Origin: Mytilus californianus
Taxonomy: Eukaryota
DNA length: 64,000 nt
Assembly: GCF_021869535.1 (NCBI RefSeq)
Contig: NW_026262712.1
Location: forward strand, 72,230,001 to 72,294,000
Direction: 5' to 3'
Positions 13,191 through 25,196 of this stretch are shown in pieces. Under the pieces are notes generated by a model, which was not told the DNA's origin, did not search any database, and saw only the letters and a program-made list of their open reading frames with translations. The translations under genes were made by a program, and so were the position numbers. Position 1 is the stretch's first letter, and each line of letters starts with the position of its first letter.

Positions 13191-14905
13191 TCTACCTGAT
13201 TTCTTCAAAAATAAAGCTACGCCTGTAATTTCTTAGACTTACACCAAGTCTATTGAATCCAAGAATTTCAACCTCAAGAGGGTTTAGAGACCTTTAACCT
13301 CAAAGATGTGAAATCCAAACCTCCGGATTGCTCATGTGCATCGTCACAATAAAATTATAGTCCAGCTGGTCATGTTACTAATGGCGACCTTGGCATTGTT
13401 ACCAATGAACAACTAAGAGAGTTGTTAGTCAAGGGACCAAAATATAGAAGTCCCCAGCCCATCAACTGGAAAAAGAACTTCAGGTTACAGATGGATGCAG
13501 TTGACGAATATGTTAGAAAATGGGTAAAGCGCGAACTAGACGAACCAGAACTGGATACTTTGTCTGAATGGATCAAAGCTGTTCGATCATGCATTCAGAA
13601 GCGCATTCAGAATCTACGATGACTATGAGCTCAAGGGTTCTTCACCCTTTCAATAATTAGAGGTTGTTGATGCTTTATCCTCTTTGCATGACAAATATGT
13701 CATTGTTCCTGCAGATAAAGCCTCAAATAATATTGTCTTCAAATATATGTAAAAGCTATTGTTTGCAATGTCTCACAACAGAGCTTGGAATAAACAGCAC
13801 AACTGGTAATCATACATATTCTTTAACATCATTTACAAAGGATGAAATTTTACAAAATCACAAATCTGTCCTTCTTTCTTTTGGTATCAACATCAAAGAA
13901 AACGAAGACAATTTACCGTCATTATACTGGATACCAAAACTAAACATATTTCTAAAGTACTGACTACTATTCTTTCTACAGTAAAAGATGGCCTTCAAAA
14001 ATATAGTGATGAGATATATTCTACCAGTGGTGTTAGTAGATATAAGAAGATGTGGTATTATAGGCCATTATAGGTCAAAGTACGGTCTTCAAAACGGAGC
14101 CTTGGCTCACACCGAACAGCAAGCTATAAAGGGCCCCAAAAATTACTAGTGTAAAACCATTCAAACGGAAAACCCAACGGTCTAATCTATATAAAAAACG
14201 AGAAACGAGAAACACTTAAGTGGTGTTAACTAGATGACGATTTTCAAAAATTCTAAGGATCTACTGCTCAATCTTAGATCAAAATCTCTTTAATTTTGCA
14301 GCAACATTAAGATTTTTGATTTTTCTACGCTTTACACTACTATGCCTCATGCTCAATTGAAAGATCAACTTCACCATCTCATTAAACAGAGCTTTTTCTA
14401 TAAAAATGGGAATCGTAGATACAAATATCTTTTTTTTGGTTATAATAATTCTTATTTAGTGAAAAACCACACTGAACTTCCAGAACATATACTGAAAGAG
14501 GACGAAAGATACCAGAGGGACAGTCAAACTCATAGATCATGAAGATGATATCAAAATGCTGGACTTTTTGATCGACAGTATATTTGTTGAGTTTGGAGGA
14601 TTGATTTTCAACAGACAGTCGGTATTCAAATGGGATCTAATTGTGCACCCCTACTGGCCGATTTGTTTTTGTACTCGTATGAAGCAGAATTCATTCAGAA
14701 CCTTCTAAAAGACAGAAAAAAAAAAGCACCTTGTGTAATTCTTTAATTTTACTTTCAGATATATATTGAGGGTGTCCTATCACTGAATAACTCATATTTC
14801 AGCCAATTCTTTCTCTCATATATCCCAGTGAACTTGAAACTAAGAATACCACTGATACTAGAAGGACTGCTTCATACCTTGATCTTTTACTTAATATTGA
14901 CACAG
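13191..14905 (+). mobile_element. Naiad copy 3 (Cys-encoding subfamily; decayed linker plus RT)
   Basis: PPDCSC (CxC at 13329-13337), GHV.NGDL..KGPKYR, ADKASNNIV..C, LYWIPKL, APLLADLFLY and SYLDL. Confidence 0.88.
14036..14218 (-). mobile_element. Inverted pLTR/3'-module fragment nested in copy 3, with a 10-bp direct repeat
   Basis: Reverse complement of the 11370-11590 module, flanked by agtggtgtta at 14026-14035 and 14219-14228. Confidence 0.75.
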
Positions 14906-15554
14906 ATACCAGCCCAGTACCTGATACCTTTGATAGCCAGTGGCCTCGTGTGTTTTATGCAATTTACACTGTTTAAAATGTAATCATTTGCAGTGGAACT
15001 CATGAGTTGCCTTTGCATTCGGTATTTTATTTTATCATGACTAGACTTCTACGGCCAAACTGAAATTTAAAGGATTTAAGAAAAAAAAGTTGATCGAATC
15101 TTATGATATTGGAATTTAATGCAATATATCAGTAGCAATACTTTGATATTTCAGAGTATGAGAGAAGTGTTTTTGAATAGAAAATCAATGTTAGTACCGA
15201 TTAAACAATATATATAAAGAACCTTCAAGAATAACGTTTTTCGCATGTTATTTCTTGCATAAATCAGTCTGATGTTTTCTCGTTTGAATTGTTTTTCATT
15301 TCGTCATGCCGGTCCCTATGATCGCAAACTAAACCATGTGGGATTTGCTCATGGGTTGAGACCTTACATAGCTCTAAAGTTGTTTAGATCCTTGTCTATT
15401 TTGAAAACATTGATGAACAGCTTTTAATGTTTGACTGTTAAACAATCACAAGGTACTCACATTATCAGTTTGTTCATGTTTCATGTAAAGCATGTAATAT
15501 AAATTTGCAAACCACATCATCTAAAGTGGGACTGTAATTAAATTGTATGTACAA

Positions 15555-15665
15555 ACACATGTGGTGGTGACCAGTTTCAGTGCGATAATAATCAATGTAT
15601 AGCAAAAGCTTCAAAATGTGATGGTCTCCAAGACTGTGCAGATAGTTCAGATGAGTCAAATTGTA
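15555..15665 (+). CDS. Exon 5: LDLa repeat 4 (TCGGDQFQCDNNQCIAKASKCDGLQDCADSSDESNC); acceptor mutated
   Basis: Clear LDLa with gtaagt donor. Upstream reads tgtacaa|AC, with no AG between an in-frame TAA at 15539 and the domain start. Confidence 0.85.
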
Positions 15666-16039
15666 GTAAGTGTTAATGTTGAATGTTCTCACCAAAAGAA
15701 ATAAAAACAATACAAGAAAGATATACCTTTATTTTTATCTTTTCGTACTTAAAATAGTATCATTGCTTCTGCTTAATCCTTCAAAAGAAATAACTACAAG
15801 AATGAGTTGCCTGTATTCATTCAAAACGTATCCGCACAACGCATATGGTTATTTGCAATTTTGACAAATGCTTTTAAAAAAACATTATCATGATTTTACA
15901 GATATAATACAACAATACTTTTAGAACTGATGATTTTCCAAACTATTTGTTATTGAAGAAATGTAGAGAGATCAATGAAAAAGTAAAATTGTCAGTTTTG
16001 ATTATACTTTTTATTCGTATATAAAAACCTTTTTGATAT

Positions 16040-16131
16040 TGCACGAGCGGGGTTCGAACTCACAACCTCATTGTTGACTAGCTAGTGATTACAATGTAGA
16101 ACTACTTTGACCACTTGGCCACCGAGGCCCC
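16040..16131 (-). mobile_element. tRNA-derived SINE head
   Basis: Pol III A box TGGCCAAGTGG and B box GTTCGAACC, with no complete cloverleaf or acceptor stem. Confidence 0.65.
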
Positions 16132-16959
16132 CAAACCAATTATAGAACCTTACCAATCATGATTACGTTGGAGTGTGCGGCATCTAATAATGTATGCACT
16201 TTCAAATTTACACAACGATCTTATCAACCACACTTCTTCTGAAAATACAAAATAATATCCAAATTATATGATGTTTCTTGCTTTGTGTGTTACAATATGA
16301 ACAACTTATGTTGCAAAATTGAAAGTGATTTGTATTCGTTATTTCAGTAAGAGTATGTACAATTAAAAATCAAAATGATAAACAGTTGGACAGCGGATAC
16401 CTGGTTAACAATAAGACTCAAAACCAACTGTCATTCTCGAATTTACTTAATTTAAGGAAAATCGTTATTAAAAAAAAACATGTGTTCAAAAACCAAGTCT
16501 CTTAAAAACCTATCAAAATTAATATTGCAAACGGAACAAAATATGCACATGATGCAACGGTTTGCTTATTTCATGTGTAATGAGCAATAACTTTCCTAAG
16601 CAGCATTGGAAGGAGAAATAAAAATCCAAATTACATGCTCTATATTTCATAGGATTTCTTAGTATTCATTTGATTTAGCGAATATAATATGCTATTAAGT
16701 TAAAATACTAAATACAACAAATATTCTTGAATCGATTGAATAGATACAAGAAATTAGGAGATCGCATTTACTCGGATAATGCCTGTACCAAGTCAGGAAT
16801 ATTACAGTTGTTTTCTATATGTTCCGTTGGATAATATAAAATAACGTTTGATTTTGTCAGGTTTTATTGACTTCCCTCTTTGAGGATTTACCCTGGAGTT
16901 TAACTTTTTTGTTAAAACTGTTTTCCTGAACATAGTATTTAGATGACCAGCTAATGGAT

Positions 16960-17170
16960 TATGCATTGTCTAACTCAATCGGTATTCTGCTACACGGACT
17001 ATTTAAAACGTCACCAGTGTCTGAGCAGAAGGTTGATAACCCGGGTTATGTCAAAGAACGTCTCGTCCTTTTTCTAAAAAAGTTGGAAAATACCAAGACC
17101 TTGTTGATAAATATTCGGTATCAACTTCACGAATAATACATGTAGGTATTGAAGTATAGATTCTAGAAAC
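16960..17170 (+). mobile_element. Naiad RT C-terminal fragment
   Basis: GYVKERLVLFLKK...YQDLVDKYSVS; the reverse complement of 40790-40990. Confidence 0.6.
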
Positions 17171-18198
17171 TGAATTTGTTTATCATCTGAATTATGTTTG
17201 ATAGTGTTCTTAAATTTCCTTTGAATAATATCAAAAAATACTGTTTAGTCCATTTTTTTGTAAAATCCTTTTGGCTTTAGGCGTACATCGGTATTCATAC
17301 ATCCCCGTGTTTGAATTATTGTGCACTAGGCATTTTTTGTATTCTTGTCTTTCATGTTTGCTTATGTGCTTTGTCTATTATAATATTTTGTTTTTCTTTG
17401 TTGACATGGGGAGGGTTGAGATCTCAAAAAACATGTTTAACCCCGCCGCATTTTTGCGCCTGTCCCAAGTCAGGAGCTTCTGGCCTTTGTTAGTCTGGTA
17501 TCATTTTTAAGTTTAGTTTCCTGTGTATAATTTGGAGTTTAGTATGACGTCCATTATCACTGAACTAGTATACATATTTGTTTAGGGGCCAGCTGAAGGA
17601 CGCCTCCGGGTGCGGGATTTTCTCGCTGCATTGAAGACCCACTGGTGGCCTTCGGCTGTTGTCTGCTCTATGGTCGGGTTGTTGTCTCTTTGACACAATC
17701 CCCATTTCCATTCACAATTATATAGTTGTTTTTTTTTACTGATAAAGGTTATAATACAATGTTGACTACTGTACCCTAATTTTTACCTGTATTGTCTATA
17801 TAAAAAAGAAGATGTGCTATGATTGCCAATGGGACAACTCTCCACAAGAGACCAAATGAAACAGAAATTAACAACTATAGGTCACCGTACGGCCCTCAAC
17901 AATGAGCAAAGCCCTTACCGCATAGTCAGCTATAAAAGGCCCCAAAATGACAAATGCCTGTTTGTTTTGTTCACATTTTGTTGTCAATATCATGTATTTT
18001 ATGAGACTGCCATACAAGTGAGATGTTTCAGCCCCCATTTTCTACATAAAAAATGCCTGTGCATAGTCAGGAATATGACAGTTTATTTCAAATCGTTGAT
18101 GCGTTTAAGCTTTCGATTTTACCATTTGATAAGGGACTTAACATTCGGATTTTTCCACGGAGTTTGGTATTTCTTGTATTTTATTTTTTTAATTATAG

Positions 18199-18330
18199 CT
18201 GAAAGTATTAGACATTGTCCAGAGAATCGATTTGATTGTTTTAAAAATGGTTCAAAATGTATTAATTCTAACAAATTATGCGACGGATCAAATGACTGCG
18301 AAGGCTCTGAAGATGAGGCATTGGATGTTT
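18199..18330 (+). CDS. Exon 6: LDLa repeat 5 (HCPENRFDCFKNGSKCINSNKLCDGSNDCEGSEDEALDVC)
   Basis: LDLa motif, ttatag acceptor and gtaatt donor at 18331. An alternative in-frame donor lies at 18337. Confidence 0.9.
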
Positions 18331-20139
18331 GTAATTGTAAATATCATAGTAATAACGGTGAATAAGAATACATTAAACATATTCACAAAAACTGTCAAGT
18401 CATGCAACTTGAGGTAGTTTATTAAACAAATAAGAACAATAGTCAATCTGTGCTACATTATTATAGAAAACCTTATATCTTTTTTGATTAAAGTAAATTA
18501 TGAGTCTCTCATCATCTTTGGATGTTAAAAAACAGAACACAACTGGTATAGATTTTTAATCAATGAGCAAATTTAGGTATGAAATCAATTAATTTGTAAA
18601 AGAGAGGCTAACAATACTAAAGGAATATTCAAACTCATGTCGAAAAACGAACTGATAATACCTAGCCACCGATGAAAAACAACAAAAAGTAAAATAACAG
18701 TAAAGACACAACACGGAAAACCAAAGACCTAACAACATGATCTCCGATTCTCCAGAAGGGTAAACCAATCCTACTTAATTGTACATGTGGCATTTGTCAA
18801 GACTTATTACTTGTATAAACAAAATGATAGGATTTTATCTCATTCTAATTAATGGTGTAACCATAACAGATTTTTTTCATTATCTAAATAAAAACTTAGT
18901 CTCAAAAGGAGAGAATTTAAAAGGTAGGTATTTCTTTTTTGTTTTATACCATGAAAAAAAAAATGAATGGCGACCACAAATTGTCTTCGTTATTTCTTAA
19001 AGTGTTTTATATGATCTATCAAGATTTCATTATTTAATTTTCTTTCTATTCACATTATAATGTTTTTCCTCGAGAAACCTGTACACACTGTATCAATTTT
19101 TCACAGCCTTTTGCGTAAAAGTATAATCTCAATGATCTTTGATTTTTGTTATAATTTCGAAAGTATCACGACATAAACTTAACTTTGGCCAATTTTTAAT
19201 AAACTCGTCAATAACACATTCTGTAATATTCTTTTCAAACCCTTACACTTCCTTTTAATTCCTCAAAAGGAAATTGAAGAAAAAATTCATAAAAAAGAAG
19301 CGAAAGATACCAAATGACAGTTAAACTCGTTATTCTAATATAAAATGACAATGACATGACAACAAACTGAAAACGATCAAAAGACAAACAACAGTATACA
19401 AAACAGAACAAATAAAACTAAAGGCTTAGCAACACGAAACAACCAAAACACTAGCGTTGTCTCAGGCGATCCTGAAGGGTATGCAGTTCCTTCTCTACAT
19501 GTGACACCCGTCGTGTTGGTCATGTAAGTACAAGTCAGTACCAAATCATTGACTAATTGGTTGTTGATAAGCTCTCAAATCGGACAAATATTCTGGTCAA
19601 CAGACACAACATCTCCAATGAACTCACATCTAACCTCGAATGTGCATTCTGACGAAGTATGAATGTTTTGTCAATATCAAATTCAGAATAAACAGATGTT
19701 TTGTCAAAAAATCAAAGTGTAAGTTGAAAAGGCTAGTTCGGTATTATCAAGTATTTGCCTCATAATCAGTCAGTTTACCTAGCTCATAAATTAGTAAAAT
19801 AAAGTATTTTAGTTGAATAGCATATTTTAGTTAAATAACAGGACATTTCTGATCTTCTAACCTGGTCATGAGAGGGAAAATTAAATACTCATATAGTTTA
19901 TGATTTGTAGTTAAGGTACTACTGAACATTACACTACTTATTATTTTGTACAGACCCCATTACTAAGTAGCTAATTTGTTTTGATTGAAAATATGTATTC
20001 TTGAAACATTATGTTTTTGTTCAGTAAGTTTTAATGATATTAATATAGTAAGATAAAAAAGTTATATTATTCAAACACGTATAAACATTGAGCTGACCTC
20101 GCTGGCGAGGTTTTTAAGAAGCCTTAATACTGTAGCACT

Positions 20140-20280
20140 AGCCTGTCATCATGCTCGACTCCAATCGTAATTGAATATGATTTTCAGTTTTCCTGCCAGA
20201 GTTTGGTGGTTCTCTCCGGGCACCCCATTTCCTCAATCAATAAAAAATGACCGCCTCGAAATAGCCAATAGTGTTGACAG
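20140..20280 (+). mobile_element. Second, more decayed V-domain-like SINE
   Basis: GGTTCTCTCCGGGCACCCC..TCCTC..CAATAAAAAATGACCGCC. Confidence 0.55.
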
Positions 20281-20820
20281 CTTCCCTTGTGAAGATGGAT
20301 GCATAAAGGTCTTTGGGCGCAACTAACTTTTGATGTGATATATTTTTTTAAATGAAATAAACATACAAACCAATAAACTTTTCTGCACTTAAATTGGCTG
20401 CAAATTGGTTAGTTTTAATTCGATATGGATATGATGATGTAAGGTTAAAGCACTGTAATTGCGGTTATACGTTTGTATCTACCTATTAATTAAATGTCTG
20501 CATAATATCAGAAAGATTGAGAGATCAGGGGGCTCTCACCATTGCCCTGTGCCCTTTGTCTTAAAATTTTAAGGGAAGCAATAAAATTGTAAGGTTTCTG
20601 TATCTGTGATCTATTTCATTGTTTTTACTTTTGATGTGTAAATAGAACAACATGCACCATTCAAGTCGAATTTTTTTATTGTCCATCGAGATATAACTTA
20701 GTTTTATCGTGCAAATATCACTTACAACCATTGTTGACTTTGTATATTGTTAGTTCATAGTTGGTAGGAATATGTTGTATGAACACCTCGATCTTTGAAA
20801 CATAAAAGCAATTATTGTAG

Positions 20821-20946
20821 GTACAGCTCATCCATGTATGATAAATAATGGGGATTGTGATCATATCTGAAATGAAAATGGGCCAACAAAGGATTTGTGT
20901 TCATGCAGAAAAGGATACAAACTGGAGGGGACGACTAGATGTGTTA
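20821..20946 (+). CDS. Exon 7: EGF-like A with TGA at Cys3 (PCMINNGDCDHI*NENGPTKDLCSCRKGYKLEGTTRC)
   Basis: LDLR-type CxxNNGxCxHxC pattern with TGA 20868-20870, AG/GT boundaries, phase 1/1. Confidence 0.9.
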
Positions 20947-20954
20947 GTAAGTTC

Positions 20955-21377
20955 ATGAATAAAGGCAACAGTAGTATACCGCTGTTCGAAATTCATAAAT
21001 CGATTGAGAAAAAAACAAATCCGGGTTACAAACTAAAACTGAGGGAAACACATCAAATATAAGAGGAGAACTACGACACAACAGAAACACAACATTAAAA
21101 TGTACACACAGAAACGAACTATAATATAACAATGGCCATTTTCCTGACTTGGTACAGGACATTTTAATAAAGAAAAAATGGTGGGTTGAACCTAGTTTTG
21201 TGGCTAGCCAAACCTCCCGCTTTTATGGCAATGTTAAATATAACATTAAAAAGACAACATTACATGAGAGGACTACAATACAAATAAATGGGGGAACATA
21301 TAGGACAGAGACACATACGAATAATAGCTAACAAAAGGTACCAGGTTTAAAATTTAATACGCAAGACGCGCGTTTCA
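20955..21377 (-). mobile_element. Copy of the 60290-60706 composite repeat inserted just after the exon 7 donor
   Basis: Near-identical spurious ORFs (MVQDIL..KKWWVEPSFVA) occur in both copies. Confidence 0.8.
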
Positions 21378-21840
21378 TGACCACTTCTTTCATCGAAAAA
21401 ATACATATGCAGCTATTAAATTAATTTGAGTCTTCAACGGTTACTTTGATCTTAACATAATCTAAACAGTCTGAACAATAAATCATTCAGTCAATATTCT
21501 CACTTATACAGTGCGTTTGATTCAGTATTAATCAAACAAGTCGATTGCAGTCGACGTGACTGCTTAGTGTCTTTTCAGACAATTCAGTATAGTGTTTTGA
21601 TGTGTACAGGAAAATCAAATATTAAACAGCCTAAGCATTGACTGAACAAATCTTAATTTCACCAAAAACAATTATCTGCTAAATTAAATGTATTTTGTCA
21701 CTAAAATCAGTTTGGAATAGCTTGCATGCTATAGCTATATATCAACTTTTGTTTAAATTTTGTGTAACAGTCCTTTGTAATTTTTTCAGAATAATAAGAA
21801 AACATTCGGATCATTGTTTTTTTTTATCATATCTTTCCAG

Positions 21841-21987
21841 ATATTGACGAATGCACAGTGAGCAGTGCTCCCATTTGTTCACAGTTATGTTATGATACAC
21901 AGGGAACTTATGAATGTGAATGTATTGAAGGCTATAATAAGACCTTCGTAGCCGATATAGCAGGCCCAACAAAATGTAAAGTAAATG
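21841..21987 (+). CDS. Exon 8: Ca-binding EGF (IDECTVSSAPICSQLCYDTQGTYECECIEGY...KC)
   Basis: DxDEC motif, six Cys, ttccag acceptor and gtaaga donor. Confidence 0.93.
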
Positions 21988-23174
21988 GTAAGAGTCAACA
22001 GGGAACAAAAAATAATCTCTTTTTACCCAAGGTTTTGAGGTTTTGAGGTCAAAACGATTGAGGCAAATCACTGAGGGTCTAAATAGAATACCTCTTATAC
22101 TTTGTCATTAGGAATTTCAACCGGACTTTACAATACATTATTATACGAACTAGAAATTTCAGACAAAATATTTCGCTTAAATCACATTGATGCGTGAACA
22201 ATGGTTAGTAGGTGGAAGGAATCCACGGGAACTTACAATCAACAAGTGGCTGAACTGACCCATCGGAAGTATTTTTGGAATACTTATATTAACGACCAAC
22301 GGTAAGGAAAGTAAAAATTAAAAAGCCAAACTTTTGGGGAAAAAAACAGCACCAAACGTTAAGATCAGAATAAACTAACAAAGCTAGTTGTAATAGCATA
22401 TAGCAACAAAAAGAAGGCTTGCTTTTGTTTAGGGAATACAACAAATTAGGATGATGTTGGAAAAGTATTTTCCTTTTAATATTTTATTCTATCTCGTAAT
22501 CTTCACCGCGTGTATCGGTAATATAGAAGATAGTAAGTGCTAGTCAAAAAAGTACTAACATCAATATCGAATTCAAAGATAAAATTCAAATAGGCAAAGT
22601 CAATAAAACCTGAATAAATCGAACACTCCACTAAATCAACCACAAAACGAATCGAAAACAGCTATCAAACTCCTATCGTGGAACAAGCATTTTCCACAGA
22701 AAATGATGAGTCCTGGTTTTATAGTTAGCTAAACCTCCCACTTGTATGAAAGTTTTTTTTTTCAACTTCGTTATTTTTTACAAAATTGAATGAACAACCC
22801 CAAACAGACACAATTTGTTAACGTGTAACGGTATAAACATACATCACAGACATACAACATAACAGGCTTAAAATTTAAATAAACTTACAAATTAATATGA
22901 CATAGACACCTCAAACAGTTAAGTAACTAATTGCAATGTCAGATTTTCGTGAGGTAGCTTAAACCTTAGTTTAAAAATGATATATAAAAAATATACAAAG
23001 GAACAAATTTGGTTTTTATTAGGGCTGCACAGTACACAATTTAGTGATAAGTTTTCGACAGTTATACACTGTCTGCCAATGACTAATGATTTTCTCGTGA
23101 TAATCTTTTCGGTCCAAATTTGTTTAGATAAACCATGTTCAAATGAAATATGATTATGAATATGTATCTTATAG

Positions 23175-23343
23175 GTCCAAGGCCGTGGTTATTACTCGCA
23201 AACAAAAACGATATTAGAAAGTTTGAAGTAGATACTTGGTTTGAAGAAACGTTGTTGGGTGGACTATCCAGAACTGTTTCTGTTGATTTTTACAAAGATC
23301 AATATGTATATTGGTCAGATTTGTCAATACAACAAATAGCTAG
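23175..23343 (+). CDS. Exon 9: YWTD propeller start (PWLLLANKNDIRK...YVYWSD)
   Basis: LDLR class B pattern, phase 1/2. Confidence 0.9.
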
Positions 23344-24601
23344 GTATTTATTGATGATCAGTTTCTTTTGATAATGTAATGACGTTTCAAGATTAACTTT
23401 TTATAAATTCTAAAAAAAATTGTTTGAATGAATTATTTAACAATTGTACAAACGATGAGGGTAAATGTATTTGGATTTAAAAAAAAAGAAAGTGAACAGT
23501 TCTTTTAAATGTATACTTGCGTTACTAGAGAATAATCTTCAAATGGTTGATGTTTTTTATCATTGCGAACTCCATCAAGCACCCATGTGAAAATTATATG
23601 TTTATTTTAAAGCTTAGACATATTTTGTTTTTTTTATAATAGGTATGGAAGAAGTTTAAAGATATAGATCCTCTACGCTATATCTACATAATTAAAGGCT
23701 GTTGAATAGCAAATCATAGTAAAAAAATATCTGCAGTCGATTAATATACAATTATTGACATTTGATTAGGTTGATACTATAATTTATCAACCTCAGAGAT
23801 ATGATATTCACCGAGGCCAACGACTATTAGACTATTTTTTTATATTAAGACAAGTGTATTGTAATTTAGAAAGACACTTCTTTTTTGTTAGATTTCTATC
23901 TCCTTAAAGTATAATATGATTGTTATTAAAAAAGTAGCAGGCGATAAGAACAATTCTAAATCAAAACTCTATTAAACGCTGTTAATTTCTGTGTCATCTG
24001 GTCTCTTGTGAATAGTTATCTCATTGGCAGTAGTACCACATCTTTTATATATATATATATTGATGAAAAACATAACAAAACCGAAAGCATATGCATTATA
24101 CATCACAAAATTCTAAATGGAATTGAAATTGAAAAAACAACATGTACAAATGGCATCTTAATATATGTGAGAAGCTTTAAATGGTCATTATAATCAACGA
24201 AGTTGAAAGACAACTTAATTGTTTTGTTAGTAAGCATGGTGTATCTCAAATTTCGGGAGACACTACTTTATTGTTAATTTAATCTGACAGACTCTTGAAT
24301 TGTAGGAAAACAATTACAGATATTTATAGATTATCGTTGGTCATTTCAACGAGATTGATTTTCTCGCTTGAGCCGGCACGGCGAGATAAGAAAAGCAATC
24401 GAGTTGATTTGACCAATGATAATCTGTTTATCGCTATATTACCTATGACGACGTTGTTAATTTCATTGACAACGGGCATGTGCACCCTTAGTTTCTAGCG
24501 ATCATTTTTCATATCACTCTGTTGTGCTGAGAAAGGAAATTATCAATCAGTCAAAAAAAAAGGAAATATCGTAAAATAACGATAAATTCAAATATTTGCA
24601 G

Positions 24602-24826
24602 ATCTGAAATAAAGAATGGTATTATGAGCAAGAAACAAGTAATTGTAAATGAGGATATAGACACACCTGAGGGTATTGCTATAGATTGGATCCATGACCA
24701 TTTGTACTGGACAGACACTGGACTAAACATTATTCAAGTATCCAATCTCGAAGGCGGTAAAAAAGCAACAATAATTGATAATGATCTAGATGAACCAAGA
24801 GGAATCGCTCTAGACCCAATACATGG
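24602..24826 (+). CDS. Exon 10: YWTD repeats (PEGIAIDWIHDHLYWTD...EPRGIALDP)
   Basis: Canonical YWTD motifs, phase 2/2. Confidence 0.95.
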
Positions 24827-25080
24827 GTACGTTGTAAATATGTACCTCTTTGAGTAAGAATAAAAATAACATGTTTCAATTCAAAAAGGTTCCAATCAGC
24901 TATATATGATAGTTCAATTTCAGTTGAAGATGACTGTCATTCACCTGGATTTTGTATCAGAAAATTGTTCTCCAGTAGTTTTTTTAAATGGTTAAATTCT
25001 TTGTTCCCTTTAGTATAGATGAAAACTTTTACTTCTAAAGATTTATTTGATTTCAAGTTTTAATAAATCTATAATCACAG

Positions 25081-25196
25081 ATACTTTTACATGACGGACT
25101 GGGGTAAAAACCCAAAGATCGAAAGAATTGGTATGGATGGATCAGACAGAAACATAATTACAAAGGATGTTGGATGGCCTAACGCTATAACTATTG
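25081..25196 (+). CDS. Exon 11: YWTD repeat ([23 protein letters not shown]...WPNAITI)
   Basis: TDWG...PKIER motif, cacag acceptor and gtgagt donor, phase 2/1. Confidence 0.93.

Noticed and set aside
16040-16131. tRNA gene
   Set aside because: A and B boxes are present but there is no proper cloverleaf, so it is better explained as a SINE head.
17823-18365. 180-aa ORF as a single CDS
   Set aside because: The first 125 or so codons are repeat-derived intron; only 18199-18330 is exon.
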